Shown here: piece after piece, positions 1 to 9,715 of the stretch | Position numbering within the stretch: position 1 is the first letter of the stretch | Layout of the letters: every line of letters begins with the position of its first letter | Assembly (NCBI RefSeq): GCF_000284455.1 | Contig: NC_017039.1 | Location: 180,001 to 212,000 of the forward strand | Length of the DNA stretch: 32,000 nucleotides | Reading direction: 5' to 3' | Source of the DNA: Synechocystis sp. PCC 6803 substr. PCC-P | Lineage (GTDB): Bacteria; Cyanobacteriota; Cyanobacteriia; Cyanobacteriales; Microcystaceae | Program-made: the position numbers and the translations under genes | The notes under the pieces: model-generated | The model's input: the letters and a program-made list of their open reading frames with translations, nothing else | What the model was told of the DNA's origin: nothing | Databases searched by the model: none

Positions 1-1047
1 ATCAGTCCATTGCTTTTAGAAGTTGATACCCATTGGCACGGGGAAAGTTTTTTTTGTTTTCTCAGTTCGGACATCAGCCTGTTAATTTTGCTGAATGAAT
101 CCCCAGAAAACCCCAAAGTGGTAAATATTTTGCAAAGCTTTTCCCCCCGGTTGATTGGACATTTTTTGAGTCAACTAAAGCAATTATTGGTGGTGGCGGA
201 CGATTTACCAGTGGATTTGTTCGCAACGGAAGAACTCCCCCCCAGCGCTGATTTAGATCTGGTTAACCAATTGGTGCAAGGGATGGGACCACCCCTTAGA
301 AAAAGTACGGCCGATGATCCTAAGCCGTCAAATTACACGGCGATCGCCAACTCCTTTGGAATTAGTTTAATTAGAGAATTGGGTATTCCCCTGACCAATG
401 CGAAAACAGCTTTACAATTGCTGGAATCTTTTCAACAAAAAAAGGAACTCCGCCAGCGATATTTAGACTTAATTAGGCAAAACTGCGATCGCCAAACGGA
501 TTTGATCACTGGCTTGCAGGACTTGTTGGAAATTGATGCCACTGCCCCCTCCCCGGAATCGGTGCCCATTGCCGATTGCATTAGGAGTGTAATCGGTATT
601 TACCAACCCATTGCCGCTGAAAAATCAATCACCTTAAATTCCACTGTGGTAGAAAACTGTCCTCCAGTGGCCTGTTCTCGGGCGGATTTGCAAGCCATAC
701 TGCAAAGATTGCTGGAAAATGCCCTGCAATTCACTGACCCTGGGGGGCAGGTACAAATTAAAGCCTATCACCAGGGATTTCAGGTGGAAATTGTGGTGAA
801 TGATAATGGTTGTGGCATTGCCATGGCGGACATTCCCCATTTATTTGATTGTTTTTTCCGGGGTCAAAATACGTCCTCGGCAACCCAGGGAGCGGGGCTT
901 GGTTTGACCATTGTCCATCGCCTAGTGGAACGTTGGAGCGGCAAAATTACTGTCCACAGTCGCCCCAAACAAGGTAGTAATTTCCACATTTTTTTGCCAG
1001 CTATGGTGGATAATTCCCTCGGCCACCGTTTTGTCCTCAGTAACTAG
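1..1047 (+). CDS. Sensor histidine kinase-like protein (HATPase_c domain), 5' end truncated by the window
   Basis: Frame 1 is open from base 1 to TAG at 1045-1047. The C-terminal half has N-box (LLENALQFTDPGG), G1 (VNDNGCGIAM) and G2 (GAGLGLTIVHRL) motifs. The HisKA-like helix reads SLIRELGIPLTNAK. Resembles Synechocystis Hik42 (slr1414) from memory. Confidence 0.9.
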   Translation: MSPLLLEVDTHWHGESFFCFLSSDISLLILLNESPENPKVVNILQSFSPRLIGHFLSQLKQLLVVADDLPVDLFATEELPPSADLDLVNQLVQGMGPPLRKSTADDPKPSNYTAIANSFGISLIRELGIPLTNAKTALQLLESFQQKKELRQRYLDLIRQNCDRQTDLITGLQDLLEIDATAPSPESVPIADCIRSVIGIYQPIAAEKSITLNSTVVENCPPVACSRADLQAILQRLLENALQFTDPGGQVQIKAYHQGFQVEIVVNDNGCGIAMADIPHLFDCFFRGQNTSSATQGAGLGLTIVHRLVERWSGKITVHSRPKQGSNFHIFLPAMVDNSLGHRFVLSN

Positions 1048-1072
1048 GTTTTACGCTCTGATGTCGTGATTT

Positions 1073-2221
1073 GTGGGTCTTGATCCGCCGTTGCCAATGT
1101 TGTTTAAATCCCGCCGTAATCTGGTTATTCTTCTGGCGATCGCCGTGGTGGCGGTGGCGGCGCTGCTGTGGACTGGGCCGGGCCAGGCCGACCATCTGCA
1201 AGGGTCCACCTATAGTACTACTCCAGGGGGCTATGGGGCTTGGTGGCAATGGATGGAAAAAGCTGGAACTCCGGTGCAACGATGGCGCAAACCCGGAGAC
1301 AAGTTAACGACCCTCTCTAGTCCGGCAACTTTGCTGAAAATTAACCCTAGGTCCATCCTCAACTTTTCTCCCTATGATGACGGTGGCAGTATTAACCCCA
1401 GCGAATCTGAATGGGTAGCCCAGGGTAATCGTTTGGTTTACCTGGGACGATGGGCGGAATTAACCGATGCTCCCTTTACCCAAACCGTAGTAACAGACCA
1501 GGGCCCCATAAGTATTCAGGGAAGACGGAGATCGCCACAGCAGGAAGGCAAAATATTAGCGGACAAATACGGCACCTTAATTTGGCGGCAACGGCAAGGC
1601 AAAGGAGAAATTATCTGGGTAGTACCTCCCTTTTTGGCGGCTAATGCTTTTCAGGATGAACCGGCTAACTTTGCCCTGCTCCAATCTTTGCTAACTGAAG
1701 GCCATAATCCCCTGTGGGTGGATGAATATTTACACGGCTATAAGGACGCAGAAACTCTCCAGCAGGAAGGGGTGGAATCGGTGTGGGCCTATCTGCAAAA
1801 CACTCCCCTACTACTCATTTTTCTGCAATCCTTAGTGGTGGTGACACTCCTAGCTATTTTTGGGAATCGGCGTTTTGGCCAACCCCAAACTCCCCCTAGC
1901 CTGGCCAGTAACAATAACCAAGCCTATATCAATGCCCTCGCCCAGGTCTTGGAAAAAGGCGATCGCCCCCAATTTGTGGTGCAACAGTTGCTCCAGGCAG
2001 AAAGTCCTTCCCTAGAGAGACGATTGGGTAACTTGCCCACAGCCCAGGCCAGGGAAGCAATGGCGGCCTTGCTGACCAACCTTAGCCAGCCAGACAAATT
2101 GCCCAAACAGGAAGCTGACTTAAGGGTATGGTTAAAACAATGGCAACAACTACAAGCCCAACTGCCCCCCTCCAGCTCAAATCCATCGGGTAAGGTCCTC
2201 AAATCCAGTGCGGCAGAGTAA
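1073..2221 (+). CDS. DUF4350-domain membrane protein (GTG start at 1073 or ATG at 1097)
   Basis: 382 aa ORF with N-terminal TM (NLVILLAIAVVAVAALLW), a second TM (LLIFLQSLVVVTLLAIF), and location just upstream of a MoxR ATPase, a typical DUF4350 context. Confidence 0.8.
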   Translation: MGLDPPLPMLFKSRRNLVILLAIAVVAVAALLWTGPGQADHLQGSTYSTTPGGYGAWWQWMEKAGTPVQRWRKPGDKLTTLSSPATLLKINPRSILNFSPYDDGGSINPSESEWVAQGNRLVYLGRWAELTDAPFTQTVVTDQGPISIQGRRRSPQQEGKILADKYGTLIWRQRQGKGEIIWVVPPFLAANAFQDEPANFALLQSLLTEGHNPLWVDEYLHGYKDAETLQQEGVESVWAYLQNTPLLLIFLQSLVVVTLLAIFGNRRFGQPQTPPSLASNNNQAYINALAQVLEKGDRPQFVVQQLLQAESPSLERRLGNLPTAQAREAMAALLTNLSQPDKLPKQEADLRVWLKQWQQLQAQLPPSSSNPSGKVLKSSAAE

Positions 2222-2353
2222 CCGATTAAGTTTAAGTTAATATTTTGTGCTCGGTTCGGTGTTTTTAGGTGTTAATTTATGGCCTTTGCCAATAAATTTT
2301 GCTAGAAGTACCATTGCCATCAATTTCTTGATTTTTTCCCTTGACCAAACCCT

Positions 2354-3298
2354 ATGACCCGTCCCCTGTTTAACGAACTCCGTGGCCATTTGGAAGCATT
2401 TTTGGTGGGTCAACCCCATCTCATCCAAGAATTATTGGTGGCCCTGTTGGCAGGGGGCCATGTGATCATTGAGGGGGTGCCGGGGACAGGCAAAACCCTG
2501 TTGGTGAAACTTCTAGCCCAATCAATTCAATCCCAATTTAGGCGGGTACAACTGACTCCAGATATGTTGCCCTCCGATATGGTGGGGGTAAACGTGTTTG
2601 ACTTCAACCAGCAAGCCTTTAGCCTCAAACAGGGCCCTGTATTTACGGAAATTTTGCTGGCAGATGAAATTAACCGCACTCCCCCCAAAACCCAGTCCGC
2701 CCTGCTTGAAGCGATGGAAGAGCAACAGGTGACCCTCGATGGTCATACCTATGCCCTGCCGCCTTTATTCTGGGTGGTGGCCACCCAAAACCCCTTGGAA
2801 TTTGAAGGTACCTATCCCTTGCCAGAAGCCCAACTAGACCGCTTTTTATTTAAGCTAGTGGTGGACTATCCTCCCCCGGCCGCGGCCAAACAAATGTTGG
2901 TCAATTTTCAGCAGGGTTTCCACGCCCAACGACAAGACCTGGAACAGTTAACCGCCATTGCCACCGTAGAAGAAATTTTGGCTAGTCGGCGATCAGTAGA
3001 AGATATTGCGGTGGATGAAAAACTATTGGATTATCTCTTGGCCCTGGTGGAAAAAACCCGCTATCATCCCGATATTCTGATTGGAGCTTCCCCTAGGGCC
3101 TCCCTCCGTTGGTTGCAAGCCGCAAAGGCCGATGCTTGGCTTAATGGCCAGGAATATTTACTGCCGGATAATCTCAAAACCGTTGCTCCGCCGTTATTGC
3201 GCCACCGTTTAATTCTAAGGCCGGAAGCCCAGCTTGATGGCATTGGCATTGATGAAGTGATCACCGCCATTCTGGAGCAGACCCCGGTGCCCCGTTGA
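2354..3298 (+). CDS. MoxR-family AAA+ ATPase
   Basis: Walker A EGVPGTGKTLLVK, Walker B EILLADEINRTPPKTQSALLEAMEE, sensor VVATQNPLEFEGTYPLPEAQLDRF; characteristic MoxR signature. Confidence 0.96.
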   Translation: MTRPLFNELRGHLEAFLVGQPHLIQELLVALLAGGHVIIEGVPGTGKTLLVKLLAQSIQSQFRRVQLTPDMLPSDMVGVNVFDFNQQAFSLKQGPVFTEILLADEINRTPPKTQSALLEAMEEQQVTLDGHTYALPPLFWVVATQNPLEFEGTYPLPEAQLDRFLFKLVVDYPPPAAAKQMLVNFQQGFHAQRQDLEQLTAIATVEEILASRRSVEDIAVDEKLLDYLLALVEKTRYHPDILIGASPRASLRWLQAAKADAWLNGQEYLLPDNLKTVAPPLLRHRLILRPEAQLDGIGIDEVITAILEQTPVPR

Positions 3299-3492
3299 CA
3301 AAGACAATGGCAAAGTTCCATGGCTAATCCCTCATTCGTTGACGACAAAAGAAGAAGTTTAGCCAAGACCCAATTGTTGCCATAGGGAATTTCCGCCCAC
3401 AGCCTCCCCCGTTGTCGCTAAGATGGAAACTAAAGCTGTTGAATTTACTTTTAATTTTCCTCTAACTTTTGCATAGGAGTTCAAGCCTAACC

Positions 3493-3849
3493 ATGAGCCA
3501 AGCCACCGCTACCCAAGCCAAAGGCATCCAACTTTCCGATGCGGCCCTCAAACACCTCCTGGCCCTGAAAGAACAACAGGGCAAAGATCTTTGTTTACGG
3601 GTGGGGGTACGTCAAGGGGGCTGTTCTGGCATGTCCTACATGATGGACTTTGAAGAACCGAACCGGGCAACGGAACATGATGAAGTGTTTGATTATGAAG
3701 GTTTTCAGATTATCTGCGACCGGAAAAGTTTGCTATATCTCTATGGTTTAATGCTGGACTACAGCAATGCCCTCATTGGTGGAGGGTTCCAGTTTACCAA
3801 TCCTAATGCTAATCAAACCTGTGGTTGTGGTAAATCCTTTGGGGTTTAA
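3493..3849 (+). CDS. iscA: Iron-sulfur cluster assembly accessory protein, IscA/HesB family
   Basis: Conserved Cys pattern GGCSGMSY ... CGCGKSF; AGGAG upstream of ATG 3493. The ORF-track start at 3469 is a TTG upstream extension. Confidence 0.93.
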   Translation: MSQATATQAKGIQLSDAALKHLLALKEQQGKDLCLRVGVRQGGCSGMSYMMDFEEPNRATEHDEVFDYEGFQIICDRKSLLYLYGLMLDYSNALIGGGFQFTNPNANQTCGCGKSFGV

Positions 3850-3934
3850 ATTTTCATTCTAGTTTTGGCGATCGAACGGTAAAAACACCAGAAAAAATTA
3901 GGGTAGGAGTGGTGGCTCCTGCTCTTTTTTTTTG

Positions 3935-4924
3935 CTATTTTAGGGAATTTTTTCCCGTACTGGGACTAACTTTTTCGTAGTTGAGCAAGGCAATGCTAAA
4001 CGTAACTAGGCATACCCCGAAAATTTGGATATTGGTGAGGCTTTCTTGAATAGCTAATCCTGCTAGCACCACCGTCAAAGCGGGATTGGTTGCCCCAATA
4101 ATAGCCGCTCGACTAGCACCGATTAAATGGATACCCCAGTTATTGAGCACATGGCCCGCCAAAGTAAATAAAGCGGACAACAGGGAACCAATGGTGATGG
4201 CAAGCCAGGGTAAATTACCTTCATGGGGTTGCCAAATGATTAAACAAAGAATGGACAGAATTAACGTGGTGGCAAAACTGATCCAGGTGAAGGGAACGGG
4301 ATGGAGTCTTTGAAAGCTCCTTTGGGCAAATACCGTATAGCCCGCATAGACAATGCCCGAAGCAATGCCTGTGCTAACGCCCAAAACTAAAGTTTGTTGC
4401 TCGCCACCGTAGGCATAGGGAATGGTTAAAAATGTGCCGATTAAAGTTAAACCAATCACTAACCAACGCAATAAACTGGGAACATCGTTAAATAACCGCC
4501 ATGCTAATAATGCAGTAAAGATTGGGTAAGTAAAAAATAGAGTGATGGCGATACCAGTGGGAATAAAGCTAATGGAAATGTAGAGTAAGACTAGGTAGAG
4601 AAACATTAAAAATCCACAACCCATGGCCTCCCAAATTACCGGACGATTAACTGGTTGTTTTAGTTGATTAATTTCCCGCCAAGTATTGCCATAAAGGCGT
4701 TGGGAAATTAAGGCCATGAGAGGCACAACCCAAAGCATTCTCAATAGTAGAAGAAGAAAGGAGTGGCTCAGGGTAGGGGTCACGAAACCGCCAACTTGCC
4801 AAATGCCCAAAATATTTTGCTGGGAATATAAAATCCGGACAATGACGTTATGAAAACAAAAGAAGATAGCGGCCAGGAGGACTATCAATAGTCCCATCAG
4901 ATTAACATTAGATAAAATTCGCAT
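3935..4924 (-). CDS. EamA/DMT superfamily transporter
   Basis: 329 aa with about 10 hydrophobic helices in two EamA-like halves (TGIAITLFFTYPIFTALLAW ... GATNPALTVVLAGLAIQESL). Confidence 0.9.
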   Translation of the reverse strand: MRILSNVNLMGLLIVLLAAIFFCFHNVIVRILYSQQNILGIWQVGGFVTPTLSHSFLLLLLRMLWVVPLMALISQRLYGNTWREINQLKQPVNRPVIWEAMGCGFLMFLYLVLLYISISFIPTGIAITLFFTYPIFTALLAWRLFNDVPSLLRWLVIGLTLIGTFLTIPYAYGGEQQTLVLGVSTGIASGIVYAGYTVFAQRSFQRLHPVPFTWISFATTLILSILCLIIWQPHEGNLPWLAITIGSLLSALFTLAGHVLNNWGIHLIGASRAAIIGATNPALTVVLAGLAIQESLTNIQIFGVCLVTFSIALLNYEKVSPSTGKNSLK

Positions 4925-4967
4925 AATTCTTTGGTGCCGCTACTCCGAAATGGGACCATCGTCGTCC

Positions 4968-5636
4968 CTAAAAATGAACTTGACCAAGGATATGGCGTAG
5001 GCGATCGTAGTCATCTTTGAGGAGCAAACTAAGGTGACGGCCGACGGTTACTAGCCAGGCCCGATCGCCTTGGCGGAGAAGATAAATTTCCCTGAGGGCG
5101 GCGGCAATCAGGGCATCCACAGGGGCATCGCTAATTTGCAAAAGAATCCGCAAAAAATCAGGGGAATTAGTAAATTCCATTACTTCTTGGCGATCGCACT
5201 GAAACACAGCTTGGTGAATTTGGGGTGGACGAGGCGGTAAATAGTGAAACACCCTACCGGAGATGGGACCGCGACCATTAATACCCGACTCTCGGCTCTG
5301 GAAACCCACGATCGCCGCTTGAAATTCCGTGGTTAACATGGCAAAAATTTGAGGCTGCTGTTCCCGCAGTTCCCCCAGGGAAAGACCTAGGGCCCTGGCC
5401 CGATGAATGGAATCGATGGGCATGGTGGTGGCATAACTAACCACCGCAAAAATGGTATTACCAGAATCTTCATCTGTGGCCTTCACCCAACTACCAAAGG
5501 CAGGCATGGTGGGAAAATTCAATTCTTCCGGTTCCAGACATTGGGCTAAAAAGCCAGTGGTGCTGGTTTCAATTACCTCTGCAATATGGTGGGGATGGCG
5601 TTCATCAAGGCTAAATTGAACTGGTGACGAGGGCAT
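4968..5636 (-). CDS. HAS-barrel domain-containing conserved hypothetical protein
   Basis: 222 aa; N-terminal IAEVIETSTTGFLAQCLE...PAFGSWVKA resembles the HAS-barrel of HerA-like and cyanobacterial proteins. Confidence 0.7.
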   Translation of the reverse strand: MPSSPVQFSLDERHPHHIAEVIETSTTGFLAQCLEPEELNFPTMPAFGSWVKATDEDSGNTIFAVVSYATTMPIDSIHRARALGLSLGELREQQPQIFAMLTTEFQAAIVGFQSRESGINGRGPISGRVFHYLPPRPPQIHQAVFQCDRQEVMEFTNSPDFLRILLQISDAPVDALIAAALREIYLLRQGDRAWLVTVGRHLSLLLKDDYDRLRHILGQVHF

Positions 5637-5771
5637 AAAACTAGCAAAATCAAAGAATAATTATGAGATTTAAGAATTAATTTAGAGTTATCGAGATTTT
5701 ACTAAAGCTGATTTAAAATTAATTAGATTGAGATTAAATTAAAACTTCATTAAAACAAGTTAAAGCAATAA

Positions 5772-6554
5772 TTAACTAATCGGGCCATCAATGCTACCGG
5801 AGAAAAATTGCTTCAATAAAGGGTGCTCAGATTTGTAGGCATCCGCTGTGGAACCATCCCACTGAATTTTGCCATCGTAAAGAAAAATAATCCGGTCGGT
5901 GGTGTTATCAATAGTACTGAATTGGTGGGTAACAATTAGGTAACAACAACAAACATGATCTTGGCTGAGCAGGTGACGAATTAAACTCTCAATTCTAGTG
6001 GATGCCACCGGGTCTAACCCAGCGGTGGGTTCATCGTAAAGCAAAATATTTTTATATTGCTGATGTTGTTCCGGATTGATGACGATCGCCCGGGCCAAAC
6101 TGACCCGTTTACGCATGCCACCGGACAATTCCGCTGGGAATCGATCGCCAATGCCCGGCAAGCCCACCAACTCTAAATTTTCTTCCACAATGGCCCTAAT
6201 TTCCCTCGGCCGTAGGTCTGAATCTCGGTAGAGGGTAAAGCCGACATTTTCCGCCACAGTGAGGGAATCAAACAGGGCCGATTGCTGAAACACTAAACCC
6301 ACCCCTAAAGCTTTTTCCCCTTCTTCAATGGAACGTTGACGGCGATGGCCATGGACGATTACCTCGCCGCTGTCGGGGGTGAGTAAGCCCGCCACAATGC
6401 GCAAAATAGTTGATTTGCCCGTCCCCGATGGCCCAATTACCCCCACTGCTTCCCCTGGGTAAATTTTCAGGTCCACATCATCGAGGATCACTTTTCGGCC
6501 AAAGCTTTGGCTCACGCCGCGGAATTCAATAATGGGCTGGACTGGTTCACTCAT
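5772..6554 (-). CDS. ABC transporter ATP-binding protein, MlaF/Ttg2A/TGD3-like (lipid import type)
   Basis: Walker A GPSGTGKSTILR, signature LSGGMRKRVSLARA, Walker B LLYDEPTAGLDP, H-loop VTHQ; GMRKR-type signature typical of Mla/TGD3 ATPases. Confidence 0.9.
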   Translation of the reverse strand: MSEPVQPIIEFRGVSQSFGRKVILDDVDLKIYPGEAVGVIGPSGTGKSTILRIVAGLLTPDSGEVIVHGHRRQRSIEEGEKALGVGLVFQQSALFDSLTVAENVGFTLYRDSDLRPREIRAIVEENLELVGLPGIGDRFPAELSGGMRKRVSLARAIVINPEQHQQYKNILLYDEPTAGLDPVASTRIESLIRHLLSQDHVCCCYLIVTHQFSTIDNTTDRIIFLYDGKIQWDGSTADAYKSEHPLLKQFFSGSIDGPIS

Positions 6555-6600
6555 GGGCTTTTGAACGAAAGGAGGTGGCCGGCATTAGTAGAGTTAGAGG

Positions 6601-8898
6601 CTAATTATATTCCTTGGGAAAATTTGGCCCCAAGGCGATCGCCCCGGGAGAGTGATCAGTTTTACCATTGCTATGACTACTTTTTTGACCGTGGTGATGG
6701 TACACAATCCTTTGCTGGGGGGCACCCAGGGCAATACCAGCCAGCTCAAATGCCTTTTTCATCCTGAGACGAAATTCTCGACCCACGGGCCAATGTTGCC
6801 CTGCTTGGGTTTTAATCCACACCTGGAGCCGAATGCCCTTAGAGGCAATGTCATCCACCCCCAAAATAGCGGCCGGTTCCAAAATTTTCTCTTGCCAAAG
6901 TGGATCCTCCCGCATTTGTTCAGAAACTACCCGAATTAAATTGAGGGCTTTATCCACATTGCTGGACTGGTCAATTTCCACAATAAATTCTGCCCTGGAC
7001 CAGTCCTTGGTCAAATTTTGGACTACGGAAATTTTACCGTTGGGAATGGTGCTCAAACGGCCTTCGGGGCCCCGCAACTGAGTAATGTAAATATTCATAT
7101 TTTCCACCAGACCAAACACATCCCCAATTTGCACCACGTCACCAATGGCATAGCGGTCTGTCCAAAGAATTAGCGTGCCATTGAGCATATCTTCTACCAC
7201 GTTGCGCCCCAGAAAAGCTAGCACAAAGGCAACTCCGCCAAAACTAGCTAAGACCAAAGGATTAATGCCAAATAGCCAAATGGTGCCTAGAATACCGAGA
7301 ATGGTCAATAGTACTGAAATTCCTCCCTTGATGGCCGGGGAATAGGTCATAACCCTAAGGGTGTAACGGTTAGAATGCTCATTATAAGATTGCTGTTCCT
7401 TCGCCCAATTATTGAGCAAACCATCGACGAAAATACCGCACACCTTATCAATTAAAGTTACCCCGATCCAAAGCAGGGGAAAATACATGGCTTGGCCAAT
7501 AAATAGCAAAGTAAATGGCCTGGTGGAGGGAAAAACATAGACGATGAAGGCTCCCACAATAAAAATGCAGGAAATTTGGAGCCACAACAAAATCCAGCAC
7601 ATCAACACAGCCAAGTTGCGACGTTGTTTGAGCAGGGTTTGTCGCCGTAAATTTGAGCTAGCTAAATCACCGATGTTTTGCCAGGCATGGTTAACCCGGT
7701 CCCTGACTTGATCAGCTAGGGGCACATATAGGGGAAAATTCCGCTCCTTGGACGGCGATCCATGGCCATTTTGTCCTTCTTCTCCTTGGCGATCGGGGCC
7801 AAGTTCTGGAAACTCCGAAACTTCTTGGCTGGCTAGGCGTACTGATTCTGCACTTTCTGCCTCAATGTCTTTGGTGATGGACTGGGCTAAAACTTTTAAC
7901 TCTTGACGTAGATAGCGGTCCCGACGGTAAAAGAAAGAGCGAATTAAACCCATAATCGTGACGATCGCCAGGGCCACCACCATAAAGGCGCCACTGATGT
8001 AATAGCGGTCCCAGGGATGTTGACGATCCAGTTCGTGTCCCCATAAAGCTTTATCAAAACTACTTTGTATTCTGTCACGCCATTCATGGGCTAGTAGATT
8101 GATGGGCTTGCCATTAATAATTTCGTCAGCCTGGTTGACCGTAACAATGGTTTGCTGAGCTAGGCCAAGGCTTGGCTGACTAGGCACAAAAATTACCGTC
8201 TCATTGTTCTGAATGCCCACTTCCACATTGGGAGTAAAGGGATGGATTTCGTCAGCGGCCACATTAGCCAAATTAGGGGCCGGAGAAGAAATAATCCGGA
8301 TGGCACTCTGGGGAGCGTTACGAAAAGAAGTGGTAGGGGTTCGCCGCTCCACTGAACTGCTTTCCTGGTTGTTTTGGTTAATTTCGGGCGCGGTGGTGGT
8401 GGAGTCTCGGGAGTTAGGGGGAGCGGGGCTTGTTCCCGGCCAATTACTTGGGTTGGAGTGATAGCCAAGGCGAGATTCCCTCAGGTCAAACACCTTGGAG
8501 CGGAGAAACTGCACGTCCTTCTCGGGAATTTCCACCGTATTTAAGCTAATTAACCGAGAATAGATCGAATTAAAAATCGATTCCACTTGCTTAGCCCGAT
8601 TTTCAATGGCCTGGGCGGCCGCTTGGGAACTTTCCTCTGGATTGGGAATTAAACCCACAGTGAAGGTGACCTGGGAACTGCCCTGCAAAAACACATCACT
8701 GCACCAGAGCCGGCCACAACGTCTTGCTTTATTGGTATCCCACCAAGGGGTGCTAGAAGTATTCTGACTGCCATTGTTTCCCCCCGAAGAAAGGGTTATT
8801 TGCGCTGTAGCAGGGGGGATGAGCACCGCTAGGGTGAAGGCCAAGAGACCCAGCAGAATCAGACGCTTGACGGTGGCAAATCGGCAACCCATAGGCAT
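6601..8898 (-). CDS. MscS-family mechanosensitive ion channel with a large N-terminal extension
   Basis: 765 aa; signal-like N terminus, several TMs, MscS core (VLASFGGVAFVLAFLGRNVVEDMLNGTLILWTDRYAIGDVVQIGDVFGLVENMNIYITQLRGPEGRLSTIPNG). Confidence 0.93.
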   Translation of the reverse strand: MPMGCRFATVKRLILLGLLAFTLAVLIPPATAQITLSSGGNNGSQNTSSTPWWDTNKARRCGRLWCSDVFLQGSSQVTFTVGLIPNPEESSQAAAQAIENRAKQVESIFNSIYSRLISLNTVEIPEKDVQFLRSKVFDLRESRLGYHSNPSNWPGTSPAPPNSRDSTTTAPEINQNNQESSSVERRTPTTSFRNAPQSAIRIISSPAPNLANVAADEIHPFTPNVEVGIQNNETVIFVPSQPSLGLAQQTIVTVNQADEIINGKPINLLAHEWRDRIQSSFDKALWGHELDRQHPWDRYYISGAFMVVALAIVTIMGLIRSFFYRRDRYLRQELKVLAQSITKDIEAESAESVRLASQEVSEFPELGPDRQGEEGQNGHGSPSKERNFPLYVPLADQVRDRVNHAWQNIGDLASSNLRRQTLLKQRRNLAVLMCWILLWLQISCIFIVGAFIVYVFPSTRPFTLLFIGQAMYFPLLWIGVTLIDKVCGIFVDGLLNNWAKEQQSYNEHSNRYTLRVMTYSPAIKGGISVLLTILGILGTIWLFGINPLVLASFGGVAFVLAFLGRNVVEDMLNGTLILWTDRYAIGDVVQIGDVFGLVENMNIYITQLRGPEGRLSTIPNGKISVVQNLTKDWSRAEFIVEIDQSSNVDKALNLIRVVSEQMREDPLWQEKILEPAAILGVDDIASKGIRLQVWIKTQAGQHWPVGREFRLRMKKAFELAGIALGAPQQRIVYHHHGQKSSHSNGKTDHSPGAIALGPNFPKEYN

Positions 8899-9127
8899 GT
8901 TGGGGTTTTTGTAACGTTTTCGTAAAAATTCACCGCCATCTTAACAGTGAGTACACTTCCGAAATAGTCAATATAAACTATTGTTGTTCTCTGGGTTGGC
9001 GATTGGGGTGAAAATCGGTTTAGACTCCGTGACAAGCCTGACAAATCCCTGGAGTGGCCAATGATGTCTGGGAGCTTGGGGTTAGAAGTTTTTGGTAGGA
9101 TAGAATCGATTGTTTGTCCCTATTTCT

Positions 9128-9715
9128 ATGGCTCCTGTCTCCCCCACAGATTTTCCGCAACAATGCCATGGGGCAGTGGTAGGCTTGGGGGGCAATATTG
9201 GCCCAGTGCTGGACAATCTCCAAGGGGCGATCGCCGAGTTGGCCTTGGTAGCGGGCATTGAAGTGGAGCGCTGTTCTAGTTGGTACCGTAGCCGAGCTTT
9301 TGGGCCGCCGCAGCCCGACTATATCAATGGCTGTGTGACGTTACGGGTCAGTTTATCCCCCCCAGAGTTGTTGCAAACTTTACTGGCGATCGAGCAAAAA
9401 TTTGGCCGCATTCGTTTGGAAAAATGGGGACCCCGCACCTTAGATCTGGATTTAATTTTCTACGGCGATCGCCAATTGGAACAGGCTAGACTGACCATTC
9501 CCCACCCGCAAATGCAATACAGACCATTTGTGCTAGTTCCCCTGGCGGAAATTGCCCCGGACTGGGTTGATCCTCGGTCGGGGAAAACCATTATTCAACT
9601 AATTGAGCAGGTGGATTGCACTGCGGTTTGGCCAGTGGCTCCAGGGCTGGAACTAGGGGGGAGTCTGGAACCAGAGCAAGTTTTTGCGCCGGGTGCTGTG
9701 GCGGTTCACGGATAA
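9128..9715 (+). CDS. folK: 2-amino-4-hydroxy-6-hydroxymethyldihydropteridine diphosphokinase
   Basis: GLGGNIGPVLDNLQGAIAEL, RSRAFGPPQPDYINGCVTL, KWGPRTLDLDLIFYGD and LTIPHPQMQYRPFVLVPLAEIAP are diagnostic HPPK motifs. ATG at 9128. Confidence 0.96.
   Translation: MAPVSPTDFPQQCHGAVVGLGGNIGPVLDNLQGAIAELALVAGIEVERCSSWYRSRAFGPPQPDYINGCVTLRVSLSPPELLQTLLAIEQKFGRIRLEKWGPRTLDLDLIFYGDRQLEQARLTIPHPQMQYRPFVLVPLAEIAPDWVDPRSGKTIIQLIEQVDCTAVWPVAPGLELGGSLEPEQVFAPGAVAVHG

Noticed and set aside
3935-8898. Run of four minus-strand genes (EamA transporter, HAS-barrel protein, Mla-like ATPase, MscS) as a novel transport operon
   Set aside because: There are clear spacers (including the AT-rich 5641-5771), no MlaE/MlaD partners are present, and the products have no obvious joint function; more likely simple adjacency.
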